Part shown: piece after piece, positions 9,076 to 9,643 of the stretch
How the letters are laid out: each line of letters begins with the position of its first letter
How positions within the stretch are numbered: the first letter of the stretch is position 1
Source: Trichoplax adhaerens
Lineage: Eukaryota > Animalia > Placozoa
Direction: 5' to 3'
Assembly (NCBI RefSeq): GCF_000150275.1
Contig: NW_002061119.1
Location: 1 to 9,643, forward strand
Length of the DNA: 9,643 bases
Notes under the pieces: generated by a model
Told to the model about the DNA's origin: nothing
Database searches by the model: none
Seen by the model: the letters and a program-made list of their open reading frames with translations, nothing else
Made by a program: the position numbers and the translations under genes

Positions 9076-9558
9076 AAGTTCAGCCAAGCTAATTACTAAT
9101 GACAGTTCCTAGTCTTTATAATATCGAATTACTCTTTAGCCATATGAGCTTAGATAAGCTCTTTGTGATGTCTTTCCAAATAGATATGGTGCCGATTCTA
9201 TAAAGTTACTTTACAAATTGATACGATTCCTGAGAATGTGCTCATACAATACTCTATATGAATACTGGAATTATTCATAAATAAAGTTTAGTCAAGCTAA
9301 ATTACTAATGATGGTTCCTAGTCTTTATGGAATCGCTTAAATTACTCTTAGTTGTATGTACTTAATAAGGCCTTTTACGTGTCTTTCCAAATAGACATAT
9401 TATCGATTGTATAAGCTACATCACGAATCGATAAGATTTCTCGAAATGCACTTATATAGTACTGTATATAAATACTGGAAAATATTCACAATTAAGTTTA
9501 GTCAAGCTAATGACTAACGATGATTCCTGGTCTTCATGACATCACTTAAATTACTTTT
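9076..9558. repeat. Diverged tandem repeat, ~209-bp unit (9076-9283, 9284-9493, partial 9494-9558)
   Basis: AAGTT(C/T)AG(C/T)CAAGCTAA..ACTAA.GA...TTCCT.GTCTT.AT starts at 9076, 9284 and 9494. The shared internal blocks TGTCTTTCCAAATAGA and AATACTGGAA occur in both full copies. Confidence 0.92.
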
Positions 9559-9643
9559 CATACAGTCATTGATCTACTATAATGATCATGTAAAACTTTA
9601 TCCAATTTTAGTCATCGTTTTGCAGACTCTAACCTAATAAAGC

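Noticed and set aside
1-9643. CRISPR array, tRNA, rRNA or prokaryotic operon
   Set aside because: Repeats are contiguous tandem units without unique spacers, no cloverleaf or rRNA motifs were seen, and gene structure is spliceosomal.

Overview
AT-rich eukaryotic (animal-like) genomic scaffold with GT-AG introns and one assembly gap. The compact organisation and low GC suggest a basal metazoan such as a placozoan, but this is inference only. Contents: (1) two head-to-head, paralogous first coding exons of UDP-glycosyltransferases (UGT/GT1; 549-933 on -, 1274-1661 on +), each ending at the same phase-1 GTAAG donor, with no downstream UGT exon recognisable in the window; (2) a decayed Gypsy/Ginger-type integrase fragment (3631-3918); (3) several diverged tandem duplications (about 156, 190 and 209 bp units); (4) a spliced secreted prepropeptide gene not correctly shown by the ORF track. 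It has a signal peptide and an acidic repeated pro-region (7948-8133, broken by an N and the gap) and a terminal exon (8530-8658) encoding a very cationic Arg/Pro-rich peptide ending in a G-K-K-R amidation/cleavage signal, which makes it a candidate novel antimicrobial peptide precursor.
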